DNA of 64,000 bases from the NCBI GenBank assembly GCA_030264375.1, contig JASCQW010000109.1, positions 56,906,778 to 56,970,777 on the forward strand, read 5' to 3'. Below, in pieces: positions 25,330-37,811 of this stretch. The notes under the pieces were generated by a model that saw only the letters and a list, made by a program, of their open reading frames with translations, did not search any database and had not been told where the DNA came from. The first letter of the stretch is position 1. Each line of letters begins with the position of its first letter. Both the position numbers and the translations under genes were made by a program. Source of the DNA: Carcharhinus longimanus (Eukaryota).

Positions 25330-25610
25330 GATTTATTTATTTATTTGTCACACTTCAGCACCTGTTCAGGTACACTGAGGGAAAATTTAACATGGCCAAT
25401 GGCAATTTTAGCAAGGCCAATCAATCTAACCTGCACATCTTTGAACTGTGGGAGGAAACCAGAGCACCCGAAGGAAACCCACGCAGACACGATGAGAATG
25501 TGCAAACTCCACTCAGACAGTGACCCAAACTGGGAATCAAATCCAGGTCCCTGGTGCTGTGGAGCAGCAGTGCTAACCGTTGTGTCACTGTTCTGCCCCT
25601 TGCCACCGTG
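25330..25610 (-). mobile_element. HE1-like V-SINE, internally deleted alternative tail
   Basis: head and V body present. Confidence 0.8.
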
Positions 25611-26647
25611 TCACCCCCTTCAAAGATGGCACCTTCAAAGATGGCAAAACAAGTTGAGAAGACTACTTAATTAAAGCATACAGAATCCATGGCTTTATAA
25701 ATAGAGATATGGGGGACAAAAGTAGGGACGTTATGCAAAAATCTTTTTTTTTTAAATTGGTTTAGCCCCAGCAGGAGTGTTTGAACCAATTCTGAGGCAC
25801 ATTTAGGATGAATGTTAAAGTCTCAGTTAGAACGCAGATGAGATTTACTAAAAACCAGGGGCGTAAGGTGTGGACAGACTACAGAAGCTGAGAGCTTCAA
25901 CAATTTGCCCCTCCTTTTCTCTGCAATCACCTCCCGCCCCACAACTCTCTGAGATACTTGCACTGCTCCAGTGCCTCCTAGGCATCAACAATTTTGACTG
26001 CTCCACCACTGGCAACTGTTCCTTGAACTGCCTAGATCCCAACCTTTGGAGGATACAGCTCTTCACCTCACCTTTNNNNNNNNNNNNNNNNNNNNNNNNN
26101 NNNNNNNNNNNNNNNNNNNNNNNNNNNNNNNNNNNNNNNNNNNNNNNNNNNNNNNNNNNNNNNNNNNNNNNNNNNTCTTTTAAGATACTCCTTATAAAAC
26201 CATTCATCTCATTCAATGCAGATTGCATTTCTGTTTGCACTTGCCATGTTGACTAATCACCGTCTTCTAATCCTTCACTGTTCCTCATTTGCAAAACGAT
26301 AATCTAATTCATTTTTAGACAAATTCAACAACAGTTACAGACAAAGAACTTTGTGTTATGAAGCAGGCTCTGTGTGAATATTAATTTCAGAACTTTTCCT
26401 TCACAAAGGGAACGCGGTAATGTTGTGACAAACAAACAAAACAGAAACCAAAGAAGGAGTCAAGTTGGAGAGGAACATTTATTACGGATTTAACTTTCGA
26501 ACATAACTTTATGAGCACTAAAAGAAGGATTTAGAACATTTTAATATGGTCGGCTGACTATTCCTTCACCTCTGGACCCTGAGGTTGGGACCAAATGGGG
26601 TCCTGAGCCCACCCTTGCCAGCAGCGAGACAAGTCCAGCGCAGTGAA

Positions 26648-26935
26648 ATTTATTTATTTACTATTGTCGCAAGTAGATTTATATTAACACTGCAATGAAG
26701 TTACCATAGTCACCATACTCCGGCATTTATTCAAGTACACTGAGGAAGAATTTAGTATGGCCAATGGACCTAACAAGCATGTCTTTCAGACTGTGGGGGG
26801 AAACCAAACCATGCTGAGGAAACCCACGCAGACAAGAGGAGAATGTGCAGACTTTGCACAAGCATTGATCTGAGCTGGTAATCAAACCTGAGTCTCTGGC
26901 GCTGTGAGGCAACAGTGCTAACCGTTCTGCCACCG
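26648..26935 (-). mobile_element. HE1-like V-SINE, alternative tail
   Basis: head, body, tail. Confidence 0.82.
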
Positions 26936-27249
26936 TTCCACCCTTATTATTGTTGGAGATGCTGGAGATCACCATACAGTTAGGGTGGACACCCGCTGCT
27001 GCTCCATAATCAGAGGTTTGGCAGCCCTGGAGCCTTGGCAGCCCCTAGGAGTGGTGGGCACTGCTGAAGCAGGTACAGAATGAAGAGAGCAACTTAAACA
27101 TGGGGGTGCCCTCAAAGAGTTAAATTTAAAAGAAAAATTGAGAGGGTTTGAGCAGGAAGGCTTTCGAATTGACAGGGATTGCCCCTGGATGGCTTGTTAG
27201 AGTCAAGCAGACTGCTTTTCTTATCCTTGTATAATTTAATGGTTAAATT

Positions 27250-27545
27250 ATGGTGACACAGTGGTAAGCATTGCTGCCTCACAGTGCCAGGAGCTCAGGT
27301 TCAATTCCCGGCTTGGGTCACAATCTGTGCGAAGAGTACATGTTCTCCTCATGTCTGCGTGGGTCTCCTCTGGGAATTCCAATTTTCTCCCACAGCAGAA
27401 AGACATGCTGGTTAGGTGCGTTGGCTGTGCTAAATTCTCCCTCAGTGTACACCGACAGGCACTGGAATGTGGCAGCTTGGGATTTTCTCAGTAACTTCAT
27501 TGTAGTGGTAATGTAAGCCTACTTGTGACACTGATTCATAAACTT
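27250..27545 (+). mobile_element. HE1-like V-SINE, alternative tail
   Basis: head, body, tail; divergent inverted partner of 26648-26935. Confidence 0.85.
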
Positions 27546-28061
27546 AAAAACTTAAGATTCTTGATTGTCCTATTGCTGGAAATCATGAGAAACAGTTTTG
27601 TGGGATTGTGGTCCGTATTTATCGGTCACAAGTTCAGTCATGTTGTCAGAGTTTCTTGGAGGAACTGGAGGGACAGATGAATGGATAGACCTGGAAGAGT
27701 GAGGGGCAAATATATAGATTCAGGCTATCTGCCCATAACTTTTGCATCCTAGCAACCCTCACTCAGGTTTCTTACAACACAAAACTAGCTCACTGCAATT
27801 CCATATGACTGCCAAATCGACAGCAATTAAATGAAATAGCTGGAAGTTTTTTTTTTAATTTTCAACAATTAAATGACTGTAGCCTAGAAATGACAGTGGG
27901 TAATATTAACAGAAACATGTGATGCATTCTAATGACTTTCAATTAGTAACCGTTTTAACACAGACATCAATCTGTTTATTTTAAACAGTGGACAAAAGAA
28001 TCAATTTGGAGTATTTATCCAGTAAAATTGCCAGCTGTGATATCTCAGCTCGCATACTTAC

Positions 28062-28072
28062 CTGTCCTGCTT
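28062..28072 (-). other. Candidate 11-nt micro-exon
   Basis: cccctctctttcttttgcag|AAGCAGGACAG|gtaagt in unique sequence. Confidence 0.45.
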
Positions 28073-28399
28073 CTGCAAAAGAAAGAGAGGGGTGGTGGAG
28101 GGGAGATCTGAAACTACAGATTGATTGCAGAGTGCTTTGAATGGATTGAGAACTATGTGGGTGATAGGATCTGTAACCAAGCATTTTAGCAGTGGTTCCA
28201 ATTCATGAATTCTCAAAGGTCTTCTTCAAAACTGATGACTCATTATAGAGCAAAGTAGACATTTGCACTCATAGTGAAGAGGATATTCATTCATTCCATT
28301 CTGATCCCAGGAGTTGAAATTCACTGATTCAGTGGGCAATTAATTTAATCCTATGGGTTGTTCCAAAGCACCAGTCTATTAACAGGGGATAAGTAAATG

Positions 28400-29980
28400 T
28401 TCAGTGATTACCATACCAAGGTAAATGGGTAAGTGAGCTGTGAGGAGGATACAAAAAAAACAACAAAAGGATATAGACAGGTTATGAGACTGAGGAAGAA
28501 GATAATCGATGCAGCCAAAAATGTTGGAGAATTAACCATTCTGTGGGAAAAGTAGAATTTTTTTTTAAAATGGTGAGTTACGAGAAAACTTGGAATGTGG
28601 ATGAATATTGGCGTCCATATGAACAAATCACAGCAAGTTAACATACAGGTAGAGCAGACAATTAGGAATATAAATTTATATTAGTCTTTGATACAAAGGC
28701 AATGGGAATAAAAGATTAACCATGGCTGGATTTCACACTCACCCACCAGCATGCTTGAAGATGGAGCGCTTGTAAAATTTAGCAGGTGGCCTGCCGATGC
28801 CAATCAACCTGTCTAAAATGTTTTGGGTTGCACGGGAGGCGATGGTGAGCCTACCTGCCTTTGGGCTGCTTGACGTCCAACTAACAGCCATTTAAGGGTC
28901 TCATTTTGCCATCGTTAGTACTTTAGCTAGGGATGGCCCATGCCATGTGGGAAGCCTGACAGCTTTAGCTGTGTGGATTGATGTTGGGAAGTGGGGGAGG
29001 ACCACCTTTGTGAATACCCTGCTGCCATCCGAGGCAAGACCAGCTGGGTCATTCTCCCATCCTGGCTTCATGAACAATGCTCCCCACCTTCCTGAACAGC
29101 TCGTGGAGATCGCCGACCCTTGATTTTCTGCGGTTCTTTGACAAGGTGGAACAGTACATTGTCCCACCAATGGCTATTGCTTCTCTTTGCGCTGCAGGTC
29201 TATAGAGCTGCCAGTCAATTTGATTGGCTGACAGCTCTCGAGCACAGGCCCTTGTCCTGAGATTGGGATGGAAGTCTTACTTTAAAGCATTTTGTGCTGC
29301 TCTAGGTATTAAATCGCTATGGGGCAGCTGTCAGGGTCATGGATGGCTATCCGATCCCATCCACCCACTGACATTTTAGGGGTGGCAGGAACTCTGGTGC
29401 GTCATAAAATTCAGCCCAAAGTCTTGCCACATTAATCTTGAGCTTTAGCGAGATCACAGCTGGGGTACTTTGTAAAGCTCTCTGTCTTCTCATCTAAAGA
29501 GGTATATCATTTCCTTACAGGTGTGCAACAAAAGTTGATTAGATTGATCCCTTGAACGAGATGAGGAGTGGTTGAGTAGAATTGGCCTATACTCTCCAGA
29601 GTTTAGAAGAATGACAGGTGATCTCATTAAAGCATTTAAACTTCTTCAAGGGCTTAATAGACAGAGTTGAGAGGCTGTTTCCCCTGGCTAGGCTGTCTGG
29701 AATTCAGGGTGACAGTCTTGGCAATTTAGGACTGAGATGAGAAGTAATTTCTTCAGTAAAGACTTGTGAATTCTCTGCCCAAAAGGATTGTGGGAGCATA
29801 GCTGTTGAAAAGATTCATACGAGGATTGATAGATTTTTGGATTCCAAGGGAATCAAAGGAAATGGGGATAGGGTAGAAAAATGAAGTTGATGTTGAATAT
29901 CAACCAGGATCATATGGAATAGTGTAGCATGATCCAGGGGCTGAATGGCCTATTCCTACTTCTATTGCTTATGTTTACAT
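28400..29980 (+). mobile_element. Decayed CR1 LINE RT and 3' end
   Basis: ctatactctccagagtttagaagaatgacaggtgatctcatt; tail ggctgaatggcctattcctacttctattgcttatg. Confidence 0.8.
28724..29417. mobile_element. Non-autonomous TIR element inserted in CR1
   Basis: ends ggctggatttcac / ataaaattcagccc; CR1 sequence on both sides. Confidence 0.6.
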
Positions 29981-30116
29981 GATTGAGGAAGTCATTCCAG
30001 TCACTCAGCTACCTCTCTTCACACACCCCTCCTAACAAGCAGACAATAAGGGTCATTTACAGACCCTCTACTCAACTGGAGAACCAATGCAACTACATCA
30101 AGCCGACCAACTCTTT

Positions 30117-30242
30117 GGACAGGATTTTTTGGCTGCGTTTGCCCCAAGGCCAGAAAATTCTGCTCAACATCAACAGACCATTGCATGGTCTGTGTCCTGC
30201 CATTATGATTCCTATGGTGGGCGGGACAGAAAAATTCCACCC
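30117..30242. mobile_element. Harbinger-type MITE
   Basis: ends ggacaggattttt / aaaaattccaccc, TTT on both flanks. Confidence 0.55.
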
Positions 30243-31944
30243 TTTGGCTCACTCCATATCTCTGGCACTGAACTATCCAAATAATGGTCTGTGAATTGAC
30301 TTCAGTATAAAGTAACAAACCTTTGGCTTCCCTGGGGAAAAAAACAACTGACAATGATCTCTCTTCAGGACAAGGGCCATTTTATCCTGTGTTTACCCAA
30401 GCTATCTTTTATTATTTCAGACTTTCAAGTATCTTGATGCAAATTTTAAAAACATATATATGGACATTTGAAAAGAAGAATAGTGAAAAGGCTAAAAGGT
30501 AACAATTGTCAAGGTGCATTGTATCTGCATTGCTTTAGCCACAACAGGAAGGCTTCCCTCATTGAATTACTTTAACATAAATGAGTTACACTTCAGCTGC
30601 AACTGTAATTACAACCCTTTGCTTCACCTTTCCCTGTCCCACCTCAAATCAGTCATTTGACAGAAAAGGCACATGTCAGAGGAAGCAAAGCATTCAACTT
30701 TTGGATATATTTATAAAGTGAAGGAGACCTGTCTGAGATAATAACATCTGATGTTCCACAAAGACAGAGGCAATTAATGGTAAAACTCAGATGTAATTTC
30801 AAGTATACAGTGACTCCAGAGCACAGCCTGATGAGGCTATTCATTTTACAAAATATCTCACAATAAAATCAATTGAGATGATTAACTCCATTGACATGAT
30901 TGGTGCTTGCTGCTAAATTGGTACATGTCCATTAGCTCATTTTGAAAAAAAAAAGATCAGAGATGTGATTTCTAACATTCCAAAGAGTCTTTTTCTATAT
31001 ATAATACGTTTGAGTTTTATTCTCAGAGTGGGAGATGTTAATGCTGGGGAATGGAATACAATCAAATCTTGAGCTGTCAGCTTCTTCAACATGAAGCACT
31101 CACAGGTCAGCGCGACTGTGATTAGATGCAAAATAAAGCTTCCTTAACTGCTCCATCCTCAGACTTAACTGAATTTTCTTCCTAAATGAATGCTAAACTG
31201 CACTTACCCCAAAGCAGAATGTTCCATAGAAAGCTGTGACTCATCACAGTTGTCCAGGTTTGTTATTCCAAGATCTGGATTTTGTTTCAGATCGATGCAG
31301 GAAGGTGATGCGTACAACGTCTGTGTTGTTCAATGTTACTGTTATAATCTTTTGTTTTAATCAATGTGGGCATTCGAACGTACAAGGCGGACCATAATCC
31401 TTTTTTCTCCCTCCAATTCCACTTCCGCAAGAAGTCAAAGAGAGAGATTTCAACAGCTGAAACTCAGGTGCTTTTGACTTTTACAGCCATGAAACACTCA
31501 CTGTTCAGGAATTGCCAGAATAAACCTTCTTCCATGCCGCCCCATCAACAGCTGACCCTTATACATTAAACTTCAGCTCCAGAAGACCGCACATACTGCA
31601 CCAGTGTTGACATTTCCCATTTATCACCAGCTATACTTGTGTTCCCTTTGATTGAAATTTCAATTTGGAATTACTTATTGCCAAACCATGGGTAGCACTG
31701 TTTTTTTCCATGGACTTGTGCCAACTAGGAGCTGAGTTGAAAATATCCAAACTGATTTACTGCTGGAGGACAATATTGTCAAGGAGACACAGCAATAATA
31801 TGGGGAACATTGCTGGGAATACTATTGAAGGACACAGCAGGAATAATGCAGAAAAGACAGACAAACCCTTTTATTTCTTTCCTGATACCAGTAAGATTCA
31901 GAATGTAATACATCCTTCTTGCCAGTTTGGCAACAATTTTTAAA

Positions 31945-32295
31945 AATTCATTCGTGGGAAATGGCTGCCACTGGCCAGCCATCATTTATTGTCCATTCCT
32001 AGTTGCCCAAGTGCAGTTGAGAGTCAACCACATTGCTGTGGCTCTGGAGTCACATGTAGGCAAGACACGTAAGGAAAGCAGATTTTCTTCCCTAAGGGAC
32101 ATTAGTGAACTAGATGGACTTTTCTAATAATTAACAATGGTTTCATAGTCATCAGTAGATTCTTAATTCCAGATTTTTTTATTGAATTCAAATTCCACCA
32201 TCTGCCATGGTGGGATTCGAACCCAGGTCCCCAGAACATGAGCTGAGTTTCTGGATTAATAGTCTAGCAATAATACCATTATTGTCGCCTCCCCT
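31945..32295 (-). mobile_element. SINE family B
   Basis: near full length; B box GGTTCGAATCCC. Confidence 0.87.
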
Positions 32296-32371
32296 GTTGA
32301 GAGTAACATTTCAGTCAGACAAAACGTAAGAAAAGCTTAATGAAACAAAGTTTTCACAATCGCGCTTCAAA

Positions 32372-33458
32372 GGCTGGATTTTCATGGTTTCTGGGAGACT
32401 CTGTGGAAGTGAAGGAAATGGAAGTCAGGATCACATTCTGGGTGACCCCAGTTTTGTGGGTTAAGGATGCAGCCTAGTGCACACCTGGTTGGCTCCATTG
32501 TGGAGATAGGCATTTCCTAACCATTCTATTCCCTGCCTCCTGCCCACAGACTTCATGGAATTGTGCCAACCTTTAAAGGAGGTATGTTCATGGCCCATCA
32601 GAGATCTCATGACCCGTACCCTGGAAGAAAAGCACTTTTGAAAGGTAAGTTCAAAATGTCTTACTTTTGCCTCCCATGCCAAGCTATGTCCCTTCATCCA
32701 CCCCCATTGCACCTCATCCTTCATGCCAAGCTATGCTGTTCCATCCACTAGCAGCCCATGGGTCCTCATGTGTTCCATTCATATAAAACCATTATTAACT
32801 CTATACTGCACAAATCATCCCAATGGAAACAGCAGGATGTGTGAAGAATCTTTCATTAAAAAGCCACCCATTCATTCATAATTTTCGTAAAAATGCTGCT
32901 TTTAACACAACCAATCATCCAGACTCGTTAAAATATCAATTGCAGGACCTGTAAGTACTTGACGTCTCTTTATCCTTTGGAAATATTCATTGTGTAATTG
33001 ACAGGATAGATCACAGAGCAAGAGCTGTCAATCAAGCAATGTTTTCCCTGGACATGATTGTTTCAACAATGAAAAATGTTGAAGGAAGCTTATGTATGGG
33101 GAACAATTGGGGTGGGTGGTTGTACAAGGTTACATGAACTAGCATAGATGGAGCATGGAGGTGTGTGTAGGGAGTGAAGTGGTGTGAAGGGTGAGGGCTT
33201 TTGATCTATTGGTTTTATTGTAACTGGGACAATGTCCCCAAGTACCAAGGTGGGACTTTTAAACAGCCCACCTTGACATCCAACATGCCCCTGTGGCTGC
33301 CTTCAAATTCTTTCTGAGGTTGCAGGCCCGATTCCAGTTCTCTTTTGTGCTCCTGCAATGAAAATCACCCTTTTGCTGTCATTCTCTCCCAAGGCAGGCA
33401 TGCCGAGCCAGGCAATTTCCCAACTCCTGCGACCCACCTCGAGGATGAAAATCCAGCT
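32372..33458. mobile_element. ~1.1-kb non-autonomous TIR element
   Basis: perfect 13-bp inverted termini gctggattttcat / atgaaaatccagc. Confidence 0.55.
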
Positions 33459-33504
33459 GCCACATGATTGATGGGCTGAATGGTTTCCTTTGTGCTGTCT
33501 CAGA

Positions 33505-33735
33505 ATAACCTCAAAGAAATTCACATGCATTATCTACTTAGGTATACAGTTGTTATTGTTCCATCAGTGAATATAGCAGCCGTGTTTTCACACAGCAAGG
33601 TCTCACAAACAGCAAATGCAATGAATGAGAAATGTATTGTATTCCTTCTCAATGTTGATTGAGAGAAGAATGTTGGATTGGACATGGGGAGAAGCTACAC
33701 TGCTCCTTTCAAATACTGCTGTTAGTAATTCAGCA
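33505..33735 (-). mobile_element. Decayed Deu-domain SINE
   Basis: reverse similarity to 54851-55262 (cacagcaaggtctcacaaacagc; aatgttgattgagagaagaatgttgg). Confidence 0.5.
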
Positions 33736-33754
33736 TTCTTTGAATAATGCACTT

Positions 33755-34050
33755 AGAATTCATACAGTGCAGGAGGAGGCCATTTGGCCCATTGAGTCTG
33801 CACCAACTCTCTGACAGAGCATCTTACCTATCCCCATAACCCCACACATTTACCCTGCTAATCCCCCTAACTACACACCATGGGACACTAAGGTGCATGG
33901 CTAATGCACCTAACGTGCACACCTTTGGACTGTGGGAGGAAACCAGAGCACGGGAAGAACATGTAAACCCCTCACAGACAGTCACCCAAGGCTGGAATTG
34001 AACCAGGGTTCCTGGTGCTGTGAGGCAGCAGTGCTAACCACTGTGCCACC
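33755..34050 (-). mobile_element. HE1 V-SINE with CR1 tail
   Basis: head, body, tail. Confidence 0.87.
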
Positions 34051-35694
34051 TGAATGTAAATTTGATTTGCAGCGTGTGTGGCCAAATTCTGGACTGGCGT
34101 GAAACTTGCAAGCAAATATAATCCAACTTATTGAACAAGAGACGGAGCAGCTAACACCCAACAGACTAGGAATCAAAAGTGCTTTAGATAACAATTGGAT
34201 AATTTTGCTGCAGCATTGCTGGAGCTTCATGATAATAAGCATTGGCTACACGCTTTGTAGTTGATATTAGGTTGAAGTACTTCAGATCAAGTAAGCAGAT
34301 TTTTTTTTATTTTGTGGAGTTTGTTTAAGTTTTTAATATAATAATTGTAATGGCTGAATGAATGACTAACCTCCAAAATTGGATTGCGTAAGTACCCAGT
34401 ACATGTTAGTGCACAAGGGATAAACGGTTTATTAAAAGGGCCTGGCTTAAGTCCCTTGATGCTAAGACCTGTTCAGACACCGCAACTGCTTCTCACATCT
34501 GTTCAGCAAAGCCAGGTCAAATCCTTTATTGTGTTCTCTATCTTGTCCCCTTGTCTGTTTTCATTTTAAATACTGCATTAGGATTGAACATAATATTAAC
34601 TCCTGCCACAAATAGAACTAAAATGGTAGGCAAAATTGAATTCTGTTATTGCAAAAATCATTCCATTAAATCTGACAAACAAGTTTGACAAAGCAGATTT
34701 GTCAATGCCGAAATCAATTGTCAGAATTACTCTATCTCTGATTAGTGCAACCAAATGCCTTTTGCTTTCATCCCTTCCTTGCACGTCATGACTGATTGAT
34801 TTATTTTTGGGGTGTTTCCAGTAAAAATCTCATTGGGATTTTCATAAATCCAAAAGAAAATACACTATTATTTGTGTTCTCGACAGAGCCACCTTGCATT
34901 AAAGTTCTGAAGTCATTTCACTCCCTCCAGCTTTTTGTATAGAANNNNNNNNNCCTCATTACAAAACGCCCTTGAGATGATGGTGCTGAGCTGCCTTCTT
35001 GAACCGCTGCGGTCCATCTGCTATAGGTACAATTCTCTTACGCCCATTAACTATGGCACTGTTAATTGCATTGCCTTGACATCGCAGAGGGTTGATTGAG
35101 TAGCATGAGAATACAAAAAGAAGGCACAAAAGCAAGGAGGATAAGGAGCTAAACCTGTGATTGGCTCCATATTGACCTCCTTTCTCATGCAAAAATATAT
35201 CTGGGATGGGTGAGGGCGTGAGGAACCTTGGCAACACTGTCCTGCAGGACGTCTGTAATCATTTTTCTTAAGTTACTGTATTTTATTTTAATTGCTATTT
35301 CCCCAGGCTTGTTTCTCTTTGTTAATGTATTACAATGGAGACATTATTAAATATTAATTAATGGTCATCTAGCATTTAAAGCTGATGTGGTTTTGGCTAT
35401 AGGCATTGAATGATTCCTCAGCCTGCTACCCAGATTCTCCTGAATTAAATCCCTATGCCCCAGTTGAGTATGATGCTAAATTATGGCATGTTTTGGTTTC
35501 AACTTTCAATCAATATTTTTAAACCTGTAAGTGTAATGTTTTTTCTTTACTCCATTAACATTTTTTACATGCATTATTTTAATTCACAGTCCCTGTTTGT
35601 TCACCAAGTTTGAAATACAGGATTGCCAAAAACATAAGGAGCAAAATTTCACCTTCGGGGGTAATATGGTGGAGTGGATCATCATTTGATGGAA

Positions 35695-35995
35695 CCCGTG
35701 ATGGCAAAGTGGCTAGCACTCCTGCTTCACAGTAGCAGGGACCCGGGTTCGATTCCAACCTTTGGTGGCAACCTGTGTGGAGTTTGCATGTTCTCTCCGT
35801 GTCTGCGTGGGATTCCTCCGGGTGCTGTGGTTTCCTCTCAGTCCATAAGTGTGCGGGTTAGATGGATTGGCCATGCTAAATTCTCCCTTGGTGTCCCAAG
35901 ATTGGTGGGGTAAATACGTAGGGTGTGAGAATCTCCGTCGGAGAGTTGTTGCAGACATGATGGACCTAATGGCCCCTTCTGCACTGTAGCTATTC
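35695..35995 (+). mobile_element. HE1 V-SINE with CR1 tail
   Basis: head GGGACCCGGGTTCGATTCC, body, tail. Confidence 0.87.
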
Positions 35996-36059
35996 TGTCT
36001 AATTTTCCACAAGTAACAGAAAGAAAAATGTGATTTAATTTACACAGATATCCATGGCT

Positions 36060-36375
36060 TCCACCTCCAGGTATTCAAAGCACCACCAGAGGAAGTTACC
36101 AAGTGCAAGTTGTAATTTTCCAAAAGCTTCTGATTCAGGAAATTAACTTAAGAACTAGAAATATTTGCCCCGTTATTTAAGAAGAGAGGAAGAAACTAGA
36201 TAACTGTAAATCTGTCATTTTAACATCAGAAGTGAGGAAATTACTGACTCACAACATTTGAACAAATATGAACTGTTCAGAGAGAGTCAGCACAAATTTG
36301 TGATGGATCGGTCATGTCTGACTAATCTAGTTGAATCTTTTGAGGAGGTCACTGCTATGGTAGATACAGAGGATG
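36060..36375 (+). mobile_element. CR1 ORF2 fragment, resumes at ~38480
   Basis: agtcagcacaaatttgtg..tcatgtctgactaatctagttgaatcttttgaggaggtc (SCLTNLVESFEEV). Confidence 0.75.
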
Positions 36376-36589
36376 TGTGATGAGTGTCAACTATGGAGTT
36401 GAGAAAGGGGGTTGGTAACTCCAAATCCCAACAGACCTTGGAATCCTCATGCATGCTCAGGCCGGGAACATATGTACAGTTCTGGATTTTTGATTTCTTT
36501 GGGCCTGGCACTGATGCACGAAGGAAAATGGCACAAAATATCAGGTCAGGTGACTGAGAGTGGAACTCAATCAAAGACAGGTTCCAGGT

Positions 36590-37085
36590 TGGGGACAGGG
36601 AGAGATCCCAAAGGGGGAGGGGGAAGGGAGAGGTCGCAAAGGGAGACAGGGAAGAGAGAGGGGGCAGGGCGAGGTCCCAAAGNNNNNNNNNNNNNNNNNN
36701 NNNNNNNNNNNNNNNNNNNNNNNNNNNNNNNNNNNNNNNNNNNNNNNNNNNNNNNNNNNCAAAGGGAGGCGGAGAAGGGAGAGGTCCCAAGGGGAGAGGG
36801 GGCAGGGAAATGTCCCAAGGGGAGAGGGGGCAGGGAGAGATCCCAAGGGAAGAGGGGAAGGGAGAGGTCACAAAGAAAGGGGGGAGGGAGGGAGAAGGGG
36901 AAGGGAGAGGAGGCAGGAAGAGGTCCCAAGGGGAGAGATCCCAAAGGGAGAGGGGGCAGGGAGAGATTTCAAAGAAAGAAGGTACAGGAAGAGGGGACAG
37001 AGAGAGGGGGCAGGGACATGTCCCAAAGGGAGAGGGGATATGTAGAGTTCCCAATGGGAAACATGACAGGGAAAGTTCCCAAAAG
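36590..37085 (+). repeat. Purine-rich minisatellite, ~28-bp unit GGGAGAGGTCCCAAGGGGAGAGGGGGCA
   Basis: directly visible degenerate tandem units; spans an N gap. Confidence 0.85.
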
Positions 37086-37811
37086 AAGAGTCCCAGGCAA
37101 GGACAGGAAAGGGTTCCAGTTCAGTTAAAAAGAGAGGAGCAGAATAGACCTTAAGTGACAAAGGCTCAGGAAAAGCTCTGGCAATTGAAGCTGGCAGCAG
37201 GATGTCACTCCCTCCATGCTGTGGACCATTGGGTTGCTCCTTTAGAACAGTGGTATTTTGCTTGGCACAGCCCAAAAAGCTGAGGCTGTGCTTACAAGTT
37301 GGTGCTTGAATGCAGATTTGAGAATTCAGGGGAGCAGAATCTCAGCAGACAAGACTGGATTGTTGTTGAAGCCATCTGAGCTGGAATAACCTTTGGACAG
37401 CATTCCAAAGTGAAGATTGTGAAGACTGAGATTCCTTGTGAGAGAGATAGTGTTTCAATGAGATTGGTTGGATCACAGTGTCACTGCTATCTGAGGAGGG
37501 TGTTGAGAAATTTGTGGAACCTGTCTTGGTTGCTTCTGTCATTTATTGTGCTGTGTGTTGTGCTCCACCATGGGTTGCCTGTTAATTCACATGTATCTTT
37601 CTTTACCCAGGATACTAAAATATAAGATAGATGTTATAAATTGTTCGTCTTTCTGACCTTGTAAAGTTTATTGTTGTCTCATCAAAATCTGCGGAACCTG
37701 TGGCACTGAACAAATGTGTTGAATCTCAAACTTTGTCTCCTTTATCAAAACAGTGCTGGTCCCGAACTGAATCCTAACACTAACCTGGGGGTCTGATCAA
37801 GGGTCATAATA

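Larger units (their letters stand above)
24430..25870 (+). mobile_element. Decayed CR1 LINE RT fragment with nested insertions
   Basis: gctgatacaaaacttgcaagcgtgg..aatgcagactagtgtgaaataattcattttg; resumes after the SINE inserts. Confidence 0.65.

Noticed and set aside
36287-37275. Long Pro-rich and Gly/Arg/Glu-rich ORFs resembling collagen or extensin
   Set aside because: Translations of a GA-rich minisatellite spanning a gap; open in many frames on both strands
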